Source: an uncultured Gemmatimonadaceae bacterium
GTDB lineage: Bacteria; Gemmatimonadota; Gemmatimonadetes; Gemmatimonadales; GWC2-71-9
Assembly: GCA_964571795.1 (NCBI GenBank)
Contig: CAZNDK010000003.1
Span: forward strand, 10,644 to 74,643
DNA: 64,000 nt
Direction of reading: 5' to 3'
A program made the translations under genes and the position numbers. The notes beneath the pieces are model-generated. The model saw only the letters and a list, made by a program, of their open reading frames with translations, did no database searches and was not told where the DNA came from. Shown piece after piece: positions 9,537 through 19,714 of this stretch. Positions within the stretch are counted from its first letter, which is position 1. The number at the start of each line of letters is the position of its first letter.

Positions 9537-10724
9537 GTGAGCGATTCCACCACCCCGGTCCTCGTTTCCGCCGTCCGCACCCCCATCGGTCGCTATCTCG
9601 GCGGCCTGTCGTCCTTTACGGCCCCGCAACTCGGGGCCGCTGTCATTCGTGAGGCTCTCCGCCGCGCCGCCGTGGACCCGGGCGCCGTGGACGAGGTCAT
9701 CATCGGGCACGTCCTGCAGGGCGGGGCCGGCCAGGCCTCGGGCCGCCAGGCGATGATCCACGCCGGAGTGCCCGGCACGGTGCCAGCGCTCACCATCAAC
9801 AAGGTCTGCGGTTCGGGCCTCAAGGCGGTGATGCTCGCGGCCCAGGCCATCAAGGCCGGCGACGCCCAGTGTGTGGTGGCAGGCGGCCAGGAGGCGATGT
9901 CCGCCTCGCCGCACTACCTCTTCGGTCTCAGGGGTGGGATCAAGGCGGGCAACCAGACCGTGCTCGACGGGATGATCCACGACGGGCTGTGGGACAGCTT
10001 CGGCAACAACCACATGGGCGATTACGCCGAGTACACCGCTACCAAGGCCGGCGTTTCGCGCGAGGACCAGGACCGGTTTGCCCTCGAGAGCCACCAGAAG
10101 GCCATCGCCGCCATCGAGGCGGGGGCGTTCAAGGCCGAGATCCTGCCGATCGAGGTGCCCGGCAAGAAGGGCCCGACGGTGGTGGACACCGACGAGTCGC
10201 CCCGGAAGGACACCACGCTCGAGTCGCTGGCCAAGCTGAAGCCGGTCTTCCAGAAGACCGGCAGCGTGACGGCCGGCAACGCGCCCGGGCTCAACGACGG
10301 CGCGAGCGCGCTGGTCGTGACGTCGCTCGCGTTCGCCAAGGCGCACGGGCTGAAGCCGCAGGCCAGGATCACCGCCTACGCCACCGGCGGCGGGGAGCCC
10401 AAGGAGCTCTTCTTCGCGCCGATCGTCGCGGTGCAGAACCTGATGAAGAAGGCCGGCACCACCATCAAGGATTACGGGCTCATCGAAGCCAACGAGGCGT
10501 TCGCCGTCCAGGCGCTCGCCGACGGGCGGGCGCTGGGCTGGGACTGGGCCCGCGTCAACGTTCGCGGTGGGGCGGTGGCTCTCGGGCATCCCATCGGCGC
10601 CTCCGGCGCGCGCGTACTCACCACCCTTCTCTACGCCATGCGGGACCGTGGCGTCGGGACAGGTCTCGCAACCCTCTGCCTCGGCGGCGGCAACGCCGTG
10701 GCGCTCAGCGTGGAGGCCATGTGA
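9537..10724 (+). CDS. Acetyl-CoA C-acetyltransferase (thiolase II)
   Basis: Track ORF, 395 aa (GTG start). Motifs: 'LTINKVCGSGLKAV' (active Cys), 'NVRGGAVALGHPIGASGAR', 'CLGGGNAVA'. Confidence 0.9.
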   Translation: MSDSTTPVLVSAVRTPIGRYLGGLSSFTAPQLGAAVIREALRRAAVDPGAVDEVIIGHVLQGGAGQASGRQAMIHAGVPGTVPALTINKVCGSGLKAVMLAAQAIKAGDAQCVVAGGQEAMSASPHYLFGLRGGIKAGNQTVLDGMIHDGLWDSFGNNHMGDYAEYTATKAGVSREDQDRFALESHQKAIAAIEAGAFKAEILPIEVPGKKGPTVVDTDESPRKDTTLESLAKLKPVFQKTGSVTAGNAPGLNDGASALVVTSLAFAKAHGLKPQARITAYATGGGEPKELFFAPIVAVQNLMKKAGTTIKDYGLIEANEAFAVQALADGRALGWDWARVNVRGGAVALGHPIGASGARVLTTLLYAMRDRGVGTGLATLCLGGGNAVALSVEAM

Positions 10725-11290
10725 TCCCCAGGACCGACTCCGACACCCTCGCCGTCGCTCCCGTCTCCTCGACCGGGCGACGCGTCGTCGCCATCGGGAT
10801 GGGCGCCCTCGTGGTGGCGCTCGCCGCCCAGGTCCGGGTGCCTCTGCCGCTCACCCCGGTGCCCGTCACCCTGCAGGACCTCGCGGTCCTCATGGTGGGC
10901 GGCGTACTCGGGCCCGTGGCCGGCGCTGCCGCGCTGGTTACCTACCTCGCCCTCGGCATCGCCGGGCTCCCGGTGTTCTCGGGCGGCGCGGCTGGCCTCG
11001 TTTGGCTCTTCGGACCGACCGGCGGCTACCTGCTCGCGTTCCCTGTGGCGGCCTACGCGATGGGCGCGGTGGCGGCCCGCGGCGGATTCGTGCGCGCGCT
11101 CCTCGGCGCTGCGCTCGGCACGGTGATCATCCATCTCGGCGGCGTGGCGCAGCTTGCCGTGCTGAGCGGCAGCCTCGATGCCGCGGTCCGGCTCGGGTCC
11201 CTGCCGTTCCTCACCGTCAGCCTGGTCAAGACCGGGCTGGCCGCCGCCCTCGTGACCGGCGTGTCTTCGACCCTGGCCCGGCGGCATTGA
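10721..11290 (+). CDS. bioY: Biotin transporter BioY
   Basis: Tail of track ORF 9869-11290. The GTG at 10721 overlaps the thiolase TGA. Contains 'VPVTLQDLAVLMVGGVLGP...GLPVFSGGAAGLVWLFGPTGGYLLAFP', typical BioY TM blocks. Confidence 0.8.
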   Translation: MIPRTDSDTLAVAPVSSTGRRVVAIGMGALVVALAAQVRVPLPLTPVPVTLQDLAVLMVGGVLGPVAGAAALVTYLALGIAGLPVFSGGAAGLVWLFGPTGGYLLAFPVAAYAMGAVAARGGFVRALLGAALGTVIIHLGGVAQLAVLSGSLDAAVRLGSLPFLTVSLVKTGLAAALVTGVSSTLARRH

Positions 11291-12177
11291 GCCTCCGCGA
11301 CGTCGGCGGCGGATGGCAGGGGCTCCTCAAGGCGATCGGCTGGTCGGTCGCCTTCGCCATTGTCGGGCTGGTCGTTGGGTTGCCGGTTGTCATCGGGGCG
11401 GGGGCCGTTCTCGCAGGAGGGCTGAGCGACCCGAATTGGTTTTCCGAGCCCGGCCTCCCACAGGCGCTGGCCCAGGGAATCGGACTCGTGGTCGGGTTCG
11501 GGATCGCCACCGTCGTCATCGGTCGGAAGGTGCTCCGCCGCTCATGGGATGAACTCCGGTGGCGGAGCGCGGCGCCCCGCGGCGCCTGGTTCGCGCGCGG
11601 CCTCGCGTTGGGTGCAGCTGCCGCCGCGCTCGCGATGGTGCTCGGACTCGGCGCCGCGGGCGCGAGCTGGGCCACCGGTGAGGGCTCGTGGCTCGGCTGG
11701 ATGGGCGCAGCCGCGGGGACGTTCGGGGCGCTCGCCCTTCCCGCGCTGAGCGAGGAGCTGATGTTTCGGGGCCTCCCCCTCGTCCTGCTGGCCGGCGTGC
11801 TGGGCCGCTGGCCGGCGGTGGTTCTCACGGCGGTGGCGTTCGGGTTGTCGCACTGGAGCAATCCCGACATCACGGCGCTCGGGATGGTCAATATCAGCCT
11901 CGCGGGCGTCCTCCTCGGCGCGGCGTTCTACGCGCCGGGCGGCATCTGGACCGCCTGGGGCGCACACCTCGGGTGGAATGTGTCGCTCGCGGCGCTCGGG
12001 GCTCCGGTGAGCGGGTTGCCGCTCGGCATTCCGTTCATCGAGTATCAACCCGGCGGGCCGATCTGGGTGAGCGGCGGGAGTTTCGGACCTGAGGGCGGGG
12101 CGCTGGCCTCGCTGGCAATGGTGGCCGCCATAGGGGTGGCGTCGCGGTGGATCTCGAAGGGGGAGGGGACGGCATGA
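11287..12177 (+). CDS. CPBP family intramembrane glutamic endopeptidase (CAAX protease-like)
   Basis: Tail of track ORF 10567-12177. Motifs 'SEELMFRG', 'FGLSHW' and 'HLGWNV'. The start is tentatively the TTG at 11287, overlapping the bioY TGA, and remains uncertain. Confidence 0.68.
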   Translation: MSLRDVGGGWQGLLKAIGWSVAFAIVGLVVGLPVVIGAGAVLAGGLSDPNWFSEPGLPQALAQGIGLVVGFGIATVVIGRKVLRRSWDELRWRSAAPRGAWFARGLALGAAAAALAMVLGLGAAGASWATGEGSWLGWMGAAAGTFGALALPALSEELMFRGLPLVLLAGVLGRWPAVVLTAVAFGLSHWSNPDITALGMVNISLAGVLLGAAFYAPGGIWTAWGAHLGWNVSLAALGAPVSGLPLGIPFIEYQPGGPIWVSGGSFGPEGGALASLAMVAAIGVASRWISKGEGTA

Positions 12178-13022
12178 GGAAGGTGGCGGTGGTCGGGGCA
12201 GGCACGATGGGCAACGGGATTGCCCACGTCTTCGCGCAGCACGGGTGGCAGGTGGCGCTGATCGACGTGGCCCAGGCCGCGCTGGACCGCGGCACCGGTG
12301 CCATCCGCGGCAATCTCGACCGGCAGGTCAAGAAGGGCACCCTCACGGCGCCCGACGCCGACGCGGTGATGGGCCGCATCAACACGAACCTGTCGCTTGA
12401 CGCCGCGGCCGGTGCGGAGGTGGTGGTCGAAGCGGCATCGGAGCGGCCGGACATCAAGTTCGGCCTGTTCGAGCAGCTCGACCGCATCGCGGACCCCACC
12501 GCCATCCTCGCCAGCAATACCAGCTCGATTTCCATCACCGAGATCGCCGCCCGGACCCGTCGCCCCGGACAGGTCATCGGGATGCATTTCATGAACCCGG
12601 TGCCGGTCATGCAGCTGGTCGAGATCATCCGGGGTCACGCCACGACCGACGCCACCACGGCGTGGACCGTGGAGACGTCGCGCGCGCTCGGCAAGATTCC
12701 CGTGGAGGTCAACGACTACCCTGGCTTCGTGTCGAACCGGGTGCTCATGCCGATGATCAACGAGGCGATCTTCTGCGTGATGGAGGGGGTGGCCACCCCG
12801 GAATCCATCGACACCGTGATGAAGCTCGGGATGGCCCACCCGATGGGGCCGCTGGCCCTCGCCGACTTCATCGGCCTCGACGTGTGCCTGGCCATCCTCG
12901 AGGTCCTGCACCGCGGCCTGGGCGACGACAAGTACCGGGCCTGCCCGCTCCTCCGCCGCATGGTGGCGGCGGGCTACCTCGGCCGGAAGAGCGGCCGGGG
13001 CTTCTACGAGTACGCCAAGTGA
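12174..13022 (+). CDS. hbd: 3-hydroxybutyryl-CoA dehydrogenase
   Basis: Track ORF 12147-13022 trimmed to [17 protein letters not shown] (Rossmann fold). The ATG overlaps the CPBP stop (ATGA) and GGGGGAGGGG lies upstream. Also contains '[10 protein letters not shown]' and '[15 protein letters not shown]'. Confidence 0.87.
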   Translation: MRKVAVVGAGTMGNGIAHVFAQHGWQVALIDVAQAALDRGTGAIRGNLDRQVKKGTLTAPDADAVMGRINTNLSLDAAAGAEVVVEAASERPDIKFGLFEQLDRIADPTAILASNTSSISITEIAARTRRPGQVIGMHFMNPVPVMQLVEIIRGHATTDATTAWTVETSRALGKIPVEVNDYPGFVSNRVLMPMINEAIFCVMEGVATPESIDTVMKLGMAHPMGPLALADFIGLDVCLAILEVLHRGLGDDKYRACPLLRRMVAAGYLGRKSGRGFYEYAK

Positions 13023-13089
13023 CGACGCCGACCGCCGGCCGGACGTTCCGGGCCGGTGCCTTCACCGACATCTCCCAGTGAGCGCTTCC

Positions 13090-14151
13090 ATGGATCTGTT
13101 CAAGGACATCGCCGCCCACGAGCACGAGCAGGTGGTCTTCTGCCACGAACCGGCGTGCGGCTATTTCGGCATCATCGCCATCCACGACACGACCCTCGGC
13201 CCGGCGCTGGGCGGCACCCGCTTCTGGCAGTACGAATCGACCGACGCCGCGATCACCGACGCGCTGCGGCTGGCTCGCGGCATGACCTACAAGGCCGCGG
13301 TGGCCGGGCTCAGCCTCGGCGGCGGCAAGTCAGTCATCATCGGGGACAACAAGCGCACCGACCGCGAAGCGGTGTTCCGGGCGCATGGCCGGTTCGTCGA
13401 GTCGCTGGGCGGCCGTTACATCACCGCGGAAGACGTCGGCACCAGCCCCGCGGACATGGAGTTCGTCCGGTACGAGACCAACCACGTGGCGGGACTCACC
13501 GGCCTCTCGGGCGACCCGTCGCCGGTCACCGCGCACGGCGTGTACGTGGGCATCAAGGCCACCGCCAAGGCGCAGTGGGGGAGCGACGCCCTGGCCGGCA
13601 AGACGGTGCTGGTCCAGGGCTGCGGCCACGTCGGCGAGTACCTCTGCACCTACCTGAAGGCCGAGGGGGTCAAGCTCATCGTGAGCGACGTGGACCAGGC
13701 CAAGGTGAAGAAGGTGGTCGAGGCCACCGGCGCCACCGCGGTCGCGGCCGACAAGATCTACGACCAGGCCGCGGACGTCTTCGCGCCCTGCGCGCTCGGC
13801 GCGATCATCAACGACGACACCCTCAAGCGGCTCAAGGTCAGCATCGTGGCCGGCGGGGCCAACAACCAGCTTGCCGAGCCCCGGCACGGCGACGCGCTGG
13901 CGGCGAAGGGCATCCTCTACGCGCCCGACTACGTGATCAACGGCGGCGGTCTCATCAACGTATACGGCGAAATTCACGGCTGGACCGCCGAGCGTTCCAA
14001 GAAGAAGGCGGGCGAGATCTACGACACCCTGCTCCGGGTGTACGACCTGGCGGCCAAGGAGAAGACTCCTTCCTACCTCGCCGCCGACCGGCTCGCCGAG
14101 GGTCGCCTGCGGCAGGTCGGCGGCATGCGCCCGATGTGGATGCCCGTGTAG
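13090..14151 (+). CDS. Leucine (Leu/Val/Phe) dehydrogenase
   Basis: Track ORF 13078-14151. The N-terminus from the ATG at 13090, MDLFKDIAAHEHEQVVFCHEP...IIAIHDTTLGPALGGTRFWQY, and 'GLSLGGGKSVIIGD' match Bacillus-type LeuDH as I recall it. Confidence 0.85.
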   Translation: MDLFKDIAAHEHEQVVFCHEPACGYFGIIAIHDTTLGPALGGTRFWQYESTDAAITDALRLARGMTYKAAVAGLSLGGGKSVIIGDNKRTDREAVFRAHGRFVESLGGRYITAEDVGTSPADMEFVRYETNHVAGLTGLSGDPSPVTAHGVYVGIKATAKAQWGSDALAGKTVLVQGCGHVGEYLCTYLKAEGVKLIVSDVDQAKVKKVVEATGATAVAADKIYDQAADVFAPCALGAIINDDTLKRLKVSIVAGGANNQLAEPRHGDALAAKGILYAPDYVINGGGLINVYGEIHGWTAERSKKKAGEIYDTLLRVYDLAAKEKTPSYLAADRLAEGRLRQVGGMRPMWMPV

Positions 14152-14598
14152 ATGCCAGAAATAATTCCCATCGCCTCCGACCACGCCGGCGTCGAGATGA
14201 AGGAGCGGCTGAAGCGCGAGCTCACCGCACTCGGCTACCAGCCGCTCGACATGGGCACCAACGGCACCGAGTCGGTGGACTACCCCGACTACGCCCATCC
14301 GCTGGCCGCCAAGGTCGAGAAGGGTGAAGTGCAGCGCGGGGTGTTGCTGTGCGGTACGGGGCTGGGAATGGCCTACGCCGCCAACCGGCACCACGGCGTC
14401 CGCGCCGCGGTGGCCTGGAACCCCGAGGTGGCGAAGCTGGCGCGGGAACACAACGACGCCAACGTGCTGGTGCTGCCGGCCCGGTGCATCTCGGAATCGG
14501 AAGGGGTGGACATCCTGAAGCAGTGGCTCGAGACCCCCTTCGCCGGGGGCCGGCACAGTCGCCGGGTGGCCAAGATCGAGGAAGGGGAGGGGACGTGA
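14152..14598 (+). CDS. rpiB: Ribose-5-phosphate isomerase B
   Basis: Track ORF, 148 aa. Contains '[11 protein letters not shown]', '[17 protein letters not shown]' and '[14 protein letters not shown]'. Its ATG abuts the upstream TAG. Confidence 0.9.
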   Translation: MPEIIPIASDHAGVEMKERLKRELTALGYQPLDMGTNGTESVDYPDYAHPLAAKVEKGEVQRGVLLCGTGLGMAYAANRHHGVRAAVAWNPEVAKLAREHNDANVLVLPARCISESEGVDILKQWLETPFAGGRHSRRVAKIEEGEGT

Positions 14599-15854
14599 CG
14601 CGGCACAACACTGCCAGCTTGCGGGAGGCCGATCCGGTCGTGGCGGCCATCGTGGACCGGGAGCTGCGCCGGCAGCGCGACGGGCTCGAGCTCATCGCGA
14701 GCGAAAACTTCGCCAGCCGCGCCGTGATCGACGCGATGGGCACTCCACTGACGAACAAGTACGCCGAGGGGTACCCGGGCCGGCGGTATTACGGCGGTTG
14801 CGAGGTGGTGGACGAGGTGGAGCGGCTGGCCATCGAGCGGGCCAAGGCCATCTTCGGGGCGGCACACGCCAACGTCCAGCCGCACAGCGGCGCGCAGGCC
14901 AACTTCGCGGCCTACATGGCGCTCATCGCCCCGGGCGACCTGCTGATGGGCATGTCGCTTCCGCACGGCGGCCACCTGACCCACGGCGCCTCGGTCAATC
15001 ACAGCGGCATCGTCTTCCGCGCCACCCAGTACGGCGTGGACCCGGCCACCGGCCGCATCGACTACGATGCGTTGCGCGCGCAGGCCCTCCGGGACCGCCC
15101 GAAGCTGATCATCGCCGGCGGCAGCGCCTACGGGCGAATCATCGATTTCGCGGCGTTCCGCAGTATCGCCGACGAGATCGGTGCCTACTTCCTGGTCGAC
15201 ATGTCGCACTTCTCGGGGCTGGTGGCCGGCGGCGTCTATCCCTCGCCGGTGCCGCACGCGCACGTCACGACCACCACGACGCACAAGACCCTGCGCGGCC
15301 CGCGCGGCGGGATGATCCTCTGCGGCGAGGCCTTCGCCAAGCAGGTGGACAAGTCGGTCTTTCCCGGGCACCAGGGCGGCCCGCTGATGCACGTGATCGC
15401 AGCCAAGGCCGTCGCGTTCGGCGAGGTGCTCGAGCCCGGCTTCCGGGTCTACGCCCGGAACGTCGTGGAGAACGCGAAGGCGCTGGCCGCGGCGCTCCAG
15501 GAGCGTGGCTTCGCCATCGTCTCCGGCGGCACCGACTCGCACCTGATGCTGGTGGACCTCCGGCCGAAGGGACTCACCGGCAAGCTGGCCGAGCAGCTGC
15601 TCGACAAGGCCGGCATCACGGTGAACAAGAACACTATTCCGGACGACCCCCAGTCGCCGTTCGTGACCAGCGGCATCCGGCTGGGCACGCCGGCGCTGAC
15701 CACGCGAGGGATGGGTACTGCGGAAATGCGCCGCATCGCCAAGCTCATCGACCGAGTGCTGGTGGGGCAGACCGACGCCGTCGTGGATGCGGTGCGAACG
15801 GATGTGGAGGAACTGGCCCGGGCCTTCCCGCTCTACGAGGGGAAGCGGGCGTGA
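14595..15854 (+). CDS. glyA: Serine hydroxymethyltransferase
   Basis: Track ORF 14349-15854 trimmed to the GTG at 14595, which overlaps the rpiB TGA. Contains '[11 protein letters not shown]', '[14 protein letters not shown]' and '[14 protein letters not shown]' (PLP Lys). Confidence 0.95.
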   Translation: MTRHNTASLREADPVVAAIVDRELRRQRDGLELIASENFASRAVIDAMGTPLTNKYAEGYPGRRYYGGCEVVDEVERLAIERAKAIFGAAHANVQPHSGAQANFAAYMALIAPGDLLMGMSLPHGGHLTHGASVNHSGIVFRATQYGVDPATGRIDYDALRAQALRDRPKLIIAGGSAYGRIIDFAAFRSIADEIGAYFLVDMSHFSGLVAGGVYPSPVPHAHVTTTTTHKTLRGPRGGMILCGEAFAKQVDKSVFPGHQGGPLMHVIAAKAVAFGEVLEPGFRVYARNVVENAKALAAALQERGFAIVSGGTDSHLMLVDLRPKGLTGKLAEQLLDKAGITVNKNTIPDDPQSPFVTSGIRLGTPALTTRGMGTAEMRRIAKLIDRVLVGQTDAVVDAVRTDVEELARAFPLYEGKRA

Positions 15855-16252
15855 ACGACCTGACCTTCGTGGCCGACGTCCTCACGCGCATTCGTGCCCG
15901 GAGCGACCAATACGACGAGCGGGCCTATCTCTTTGTGCTCGGGGCCATCGAATTCGTCCAGGCCAGGCTCCCGGCCCGCCGACACCTGGCGGGTGCGGAG
16001 GTGGCTTGGGCCTGCCGCGACCTGGGGTGGGAACAATTCGGCCTCCTCGCGCCGGCGGTCCTTTCGCACTGGGGCATCACCTCGACCGAATCAGTGGGGC
16101 GGATCGTCTTTGCGCTGGTGGAGGCAGGGCTGCTGGTCGCGCAGCCCGGCGACTCGGTGGAGGACTTCACGGGGGTCTACGATTTTTCGGACGCGTTCCG
16201 CGCGGGGTACGCGTGGGGCGCCGCAGGCGCGGTGGGACCGCTGGAGACCTAG
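15851..16252 (+). CDS. Conserved hypothetical protein (resembles the Minf_1886/TIGR04138-type family as I recall it)
   Basis: Tail of track ORF 14798-16252. The GTG at 15851 overlaps the glyA TGA. Contains '[16 protein letters not shown]...[22 protein letters not shown]...[13 protein letters not shown]'. The family name is unverified. Confidence 0.55.
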   Translation: MNDLTFVADVLTRIRARSDQYDERAYLFVLGAIEFVQARLPARRHLAGAEVAWACRDLGWEQFGLLAPAVLSHWGITSTESVGRIVFALVEAGLLVAQPGDSVEDFTGVYDFSDAFRAGYAWGAAGAVGPLET

Positions 16253-16267
16253 CCTTGGGAGGGGATC

Positions 16268-16462
16268 ATGGACGGGATAGACTGGCCGGCATGTCAAAAG
16301 TGCGCGCAGGGAAAGCTGATTCCGCTGTCCGACTACGGACGCGAGGGCGCGCCGATCATGTACAAGGCGTGGGTCTGCACCAACCCGGAGTGCGGGTTCA
16401 ACCTCCGCATCGATAACGGAGAAATCTCTTTCGGCCGCGTGATTGGCCAGTCCTATAAATAG
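16268..16462 (+). CDS. Small zinc-ribbon protein (64 aa), hypothetical
   Basis: Track ORF with two Cys pairs, 'CQKC' and 'CTNPEC'. Codon usage looks typical of the neighbouring genes. Confidence 0.5.
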   Translation: MDGIDWPACQKCAQGKLIPLSDYGREGAPIMYKAWVCTNPECGFNLRIDNGEISFGRVIGQSYK

Positions 16463-16547
16463 AGGGACTGGGGACTTGGGGTCGTTGACTTAGGCACCGG
16501 GTGACCGGCGCCTGGTTCAAATTGCCGACCCCAAGTCCCCTCTCTAT
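16459..16547 (+). other. 89-nt rod-like inverted repeat / structured element between the zinc-ribbon gene and nnr
   Basis: A perfect 15-bp stem pairs GGGGACTTGGGGTCG (16470-16484) with CGACCCCAAGTCCCC (16526-16540). An outer ATAGAG/CTCTAT pairing flanks it. An inner CCGG-GTGA-CCGG hairpin (GNRA loop) is flanked by GGC/GCC and TTGA/TCAA. No U-tract follows. Confidence 0.6.
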
Positions 16548-16553
16548 CCCGCG

Positions 16554-18101
16554 ATGCCGCTCCCCGTCCTCACCCCCGCCCAATCCGCCGCGTGGGATGC
16601 ACGCGCGCAGGCGGAGGGCATTGCTACCGAAACGCTGATGGACGCGGCGGGGCGCGCCAGCGCTGCCGTGCTGGCTGCACGCTACGGGCCGGCGCTCCGC
16701 GGCGGCGTCGTGGTGGCGGCGGGTCCCGGCAACAACGGCGGCGATGGCTGGGTCCTCGCACGGGCGCTGCACCGCCATGGCGTTCCGGTCTGGGTCGCCG
16801 CGCTCGCCGGCACCCTCTCTCCCCTCAACGCGAAGGTCCGGTCGCTCGCCCTCGCCGACGGCGTCCGCGAAGTCGATCCCGACGGCCCCTGGCCCGCGGT
16901 GACCCTGGTGGTCGACGCGATCCTGGGGACTGGAGCCTCGGGCGCGCCGCGGGCGCCCGCCGCCGCGCTCGTCGAACGCCTGCGCGACCTGCGCGTGCCG
17001 GTCGTGGCGCTCGACGGCCCGACTGGCGTGGACCTGCTCACCGGTTCCGCCTGGGGTCCGGCGGGGGCGAACCTCTCGATCACCTTCGGCGCGCCGAGGC
17101 GGGGCCACCTGCTCGCGCGCGATGAGGTGGGTGATGTTATCGTGGTCGACATCGGGCTGCCGGCGCCGGATCCCTCGTGGCCCACGCTCGTGACGGACGC
17201 CATGGCCGCCGAGTGGCTGGCGCCCTTTCCGGCGGGCGCCCACAAGGGTGATCGGGGTCGCGTGGTCGTGGTCGGCGGCGACGCCGGGATGAGTGGCGCC
17301 CTGCGGATGGCGGGGCGCGGCGCCTTCGCGGCGGGGGCCGGGCTGGTGTTCGGTGTGGCGCCGGAGGCTACGACCTCGGCTCTTGCCTCCGCCGAACCCG
17401 ACCTGCAGCTGCGGACGCACTCCTTCGACCAGCCGCCGGACGCCACGCTGCTCGACCTCGTGCGGCATGCCGACGCGGTCGTCATGGGCCCCGGGCTCGG
17501 GCGTGGCCCCGGCCGGCGCGACTTCCTGGTGCCGCTCCTCTCGGCTGCGCGCGCCGTCATCCTCGATGCCGATGGGCTCGTAGCCTTCCAGGGCGCGCTG
17601 TCGGCGCTCCGGGAGCTCGCCCGCGGCAAGCCATTCGTCCTCACGCCGCATCCCGGCGAGTTCCGCTCGCTCTTCCCGCAACTGGCCGGCTCGCTCGATG
17701 TCGACCCGTGGGGCGCGGCGGAGGCCGCGGCCGCCGACGTGGGCGCCACGGTGCTCCTCAAGGGGGTGCCGAGCGTGGTCGCCCGACCGGCGTCGGCCAC
17801 CCGGACCATCGCGGCCGGCAACCCCGGCCTGGCCAGCGGCGGGAGCGGTGACATCCTGGCCGGCATCGCGGGCGCGCAGCTCGCGGCCGGCCTCGAGCCC
17901 GACATCGCAGCCGCGCTCGCGGGGCAGGCGCTGGGCCGCGCCGGCGACCTCGCCGCGCGGCGGGTCACCGCCCGCGCCATGAGGCCGATGGACGTCGTGG
18001 CCGCGCTGCCCGACCTCTGGCGCGCATGGGCCCTCCTCCGGGCATCGCCGCCGCGCCCAACACCGCCCATCCTGCTGGAACTCTCGCGCCCCATCGGGTA
18101 G
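16554..18101 (+). CDS. nnr: Bifunctional NAD(P)H-hydrate repair enzyme (epimerase/ADP-dependent dehydratase)
   Basis: Track ORF, 515 aa. YjeF-N block 'VVAAGPGNNGGDGWVLAR'. The C-terminal carbohydrate-kinase-like domain has 'HKGDRGRVVVVGG' and 'GSGDILAGI'. Confidence 0.9.
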   Translation: MPLPVLTPAQSAAWDARAQAEGIATETLMDAAGRASAAVLAARYGPALRGGVVVAAGPGNNGGDGWVLARALHRHGVPVWVAALAGTLSPLNAKVRSLALADGVREVDPDGPWPAVTLVVDAILGTGASGAPRAPAAALVERLRDLRVPVVALDGPTGVDLLTGSAWGPAGANLSITFGAPRRGHLLARDEVGDVIVVDIGLPAPDPSWPTLVTDAMAAEWLAPFPAGAHKGDRGRVVVVGGDAGMSGALRMAGRGAFAAGAGLVFGVAPEATTSALASAEPDLQLRTHSFDQPPDATLLDLVRHADAVVMGPGLGRGPGRRDFLVPLLSAARAVILDADGLVAFQGALSALRELARGKPFVLTPHPGEFRSLFPQLAGSLDVDPWGAAEAAAADVGATVLLKGVPSVVARPASATRTIAAGNPGLASGGSGDILAGIAGAQLAAGLEPDIAAALAGQALGRAGDLAARRVTARAMRPMDVVAALPDLWRAWALLRASPPRPTPPILLELSRPIG

Positions 18102-18118
18102 GGCCCCGCCGTCCTCGA

Positions 18119-19714
18119 ATGCGGTACCTTTCCCCCATGCGCACAGTCATGGCTGGTGTCGCGATCCTCCTCGCGGGCACCCCTCGGCTCGCCGCCCAGA
18201 CGTCCCGGACCTGGCGGATAGAAGACCGGGTCGTCCTCGGCGACTGGACGCGGGTGCGCGCCGTCGCGGCCGGACCCGAGCGAGTCTTCATTGTCTCAGC
18301 CGACGCGGTGCTGGTCTGGTGGCCGATGATGCGCCGCTGGGAGGGGCCCTACGAGCCGCCCATCGCCGGATCGCTCGGGCGGGTCGCGGCGGGGATGGTC
18401 GATCCGCTCGACAACAGCCTCTGGCTCGCCACCGCAGACGGATGGGTCCACTTCCAGCCCGAGCTCCAGACCTGGGATCGGGGCCAGGCCGGAGGGCGGA
18501 TCATCGACTTCGCGTTCGACCGTGCGGCGCCGGAATCCGGGCTCTTCATGCGGACGACGGGCGGATGGGTCCGGGTGCCTCGCGGTGGGTTCCTCTCGAT
18601 GCCGTCGGCTGCCCCGATCCGCCCGATCCGTCCCGCCACCGTCGAGCAGGCGGTGGACGCCAACCCGGCGCTCCGCGGCTCGGCCTCCGCAGTCCTGCTT
18701 GATCCGTCCCTCAGGAACGCGCGGCTCACCTCCGCGGCCCGCTCGTTCGACAACCTCGGGTGGTATCTCGGCACCGACGGGGTCGGCACGCTCTTCCTGC
18801 CGGACGGCGCCGCCATGCCCACGCGCCTGGCGTTTGGGCTCCCTGGTTCGGTGGTGGGGGCCGTGACTGCGGTCCCCGGGGGCGTGTACGTACTGACCGA
18901 GCGCGAGGCGGACCGGCCCTCGGGGTTGGCGTTCATCGCAGGGGACCTGAGTGATTTCAGGGTGACTGCAGGGCCCGCGGCCACTGGCTTCCCGTTCACC
19001 CGGGCGCGGCGACTTATGGCCGTGGGGTCGTCGCTCTGGGCCGCCACCGACGTGGGTGTCCTTCGCGTGACCGTCGCAGATCCCACTGGCTTCACGATGT
19101 ACGGCGAACGCGACGGACTCCCCGACCGCCGGGTGTGGGGACTGGCCTCATGGCGGGGTGTCATCGTGGCGGCGACGGCGCGAGGCCTGGCCCGCCTCGT
19201 CGACACGACCGGGGCCGCGCCCCTCGCCCCGCAATTCGCCGCCGCAGCCTTCGCCGTGGCGCTGCGGGGAGACACCGCCTGGGTCGGCACCGCGAACGGC
19301 CCGCGCGTGGCGCTCCCGTCGACACCCGACCTCATCCGCCCCGCCTGGCTCGACTCTTCGGCGGCGCTGGTGCGGCCGGTGTACGACCTGACGTGGATGG
19401 CCGACACGCTGGTCGGCATCACCAGCGACCAGTTCATTTGGAAGTCACCCGAAGGCGATCGCTGGACGCTGAGCGCGCCGATTTCCGGTGTGCTGGGTGC
19501 GCTCCGGCGCCTGGTGCCCGACGGAGACGGTTTCTGGGTCGCCGGCGACGCGGCAGTGGGCTGGACCCGGTTGGGCGGCTCGCCGGTCCGCCCGCTGGTG
19601 GTTGGGCCCGACTTGCCCGGCGAGCCACTCGACCTCGCCGTCGATGCCGAGTATCTCTGGGTGGCCACGTCGGCGGGCCTGGTTCGTTTTCGACTTGCGG
19701 AGGTCCGGCCATGA
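18119..19714 (+). CDS. Secreted beta-propeller repeat protein (two-component-regulator-propeller-like repeats), hypothetical
   Basis: Track ORF 18026-19714 trimmed to MRYLSPMRTVMAGVAILLAGTPRLAAQ (signal peptide). It carries recurrent 'LWxAT..G..' repeats: LWLATADGWVHF, LWAATDVGVLRV, AWVGTANGPRVAL, LWVATSAGLVRF. Confidence 0.62.
   Translation: MRYLSPMRTVMAGVAILLAGTPRLAAQTSRTWRIEDRVVLGDWTRVRAVAAGPERVFIVSADAVLVWWPMMRRWEGPYEPPIAGSLGRVAAGMVDPLDNSLWLATADGWVHFQPELQTWDRGQAGGRIIDFAFDRAAPESGLFMRTTGGWVRVPRGGFLSMPSAAPIRPIRPATVEQAVDANPALRGSASAVLLDPSLRNARLTSAARSFDNLGWYLGTDGVGTLFLPDGAAMPTRLAFGLPGSVVGAVTAVPGGVYVLTEREADRPSGLAFIAGDLSDFRVTAGPAATGFPFTRARRLMAVGSSLWAATDVGVLRVTVADPTGFTMYGERDGLPDRRVWGLASWRGVIVAATARGLARLVDTTGAAPLAPQFAAAAFAVALRGDTAWVGTANGPRVALPSTPDLIRPAWLDSSAALVRPVYDLTWMADTLVGITSDQFIWKSPEGDRWTLSAPISGVLGALRRLVPDGDGFWVAGDAAVGWTRLGGSPVRPLVVGPDLPGEPLDLAVDAEYLWVATSAGLVRFRLAEVRP

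Noticed and set aside
7460-9586. 708-aa ORF antisense to thrS. Similar giant antisense ORFs lie at 47980-51453 (1157 aa), 51958-55017 (1019 aa, opposite ileS), 59838-62732 (964 aa), 38176-39915 and 28276-29715.
   Set aside because: These are typical high-GC mirror ORFs. They are Arg/Gly/Pro/Ala-rich low-complexity translations with no recognisable motifs. Each lies opposite a gene with unmistakable conserved motifs and proper GC3 bias.
13030-13060. Imperfect GC hairpins after hbd (13030-13060), after thrS (~9452-9475) and between paralogs 1 and 2 (29904-29924), considered as terminators.
   Set aside because: The stems are short (5-9 bp, with bulges) and no U-tract follows. Such hairpins are expected by chance at this GC content, so I did not list them as features.
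16511-16526. Sigma-54-like 'TGG...TTGC' in the loop of the long hairpin upstream of nnr.
   Set aside because: The GG-to-GC spacing is 10 nt rather than the canonical 12, and the flanking bases do not match TGGCAC-N5-TTGC.
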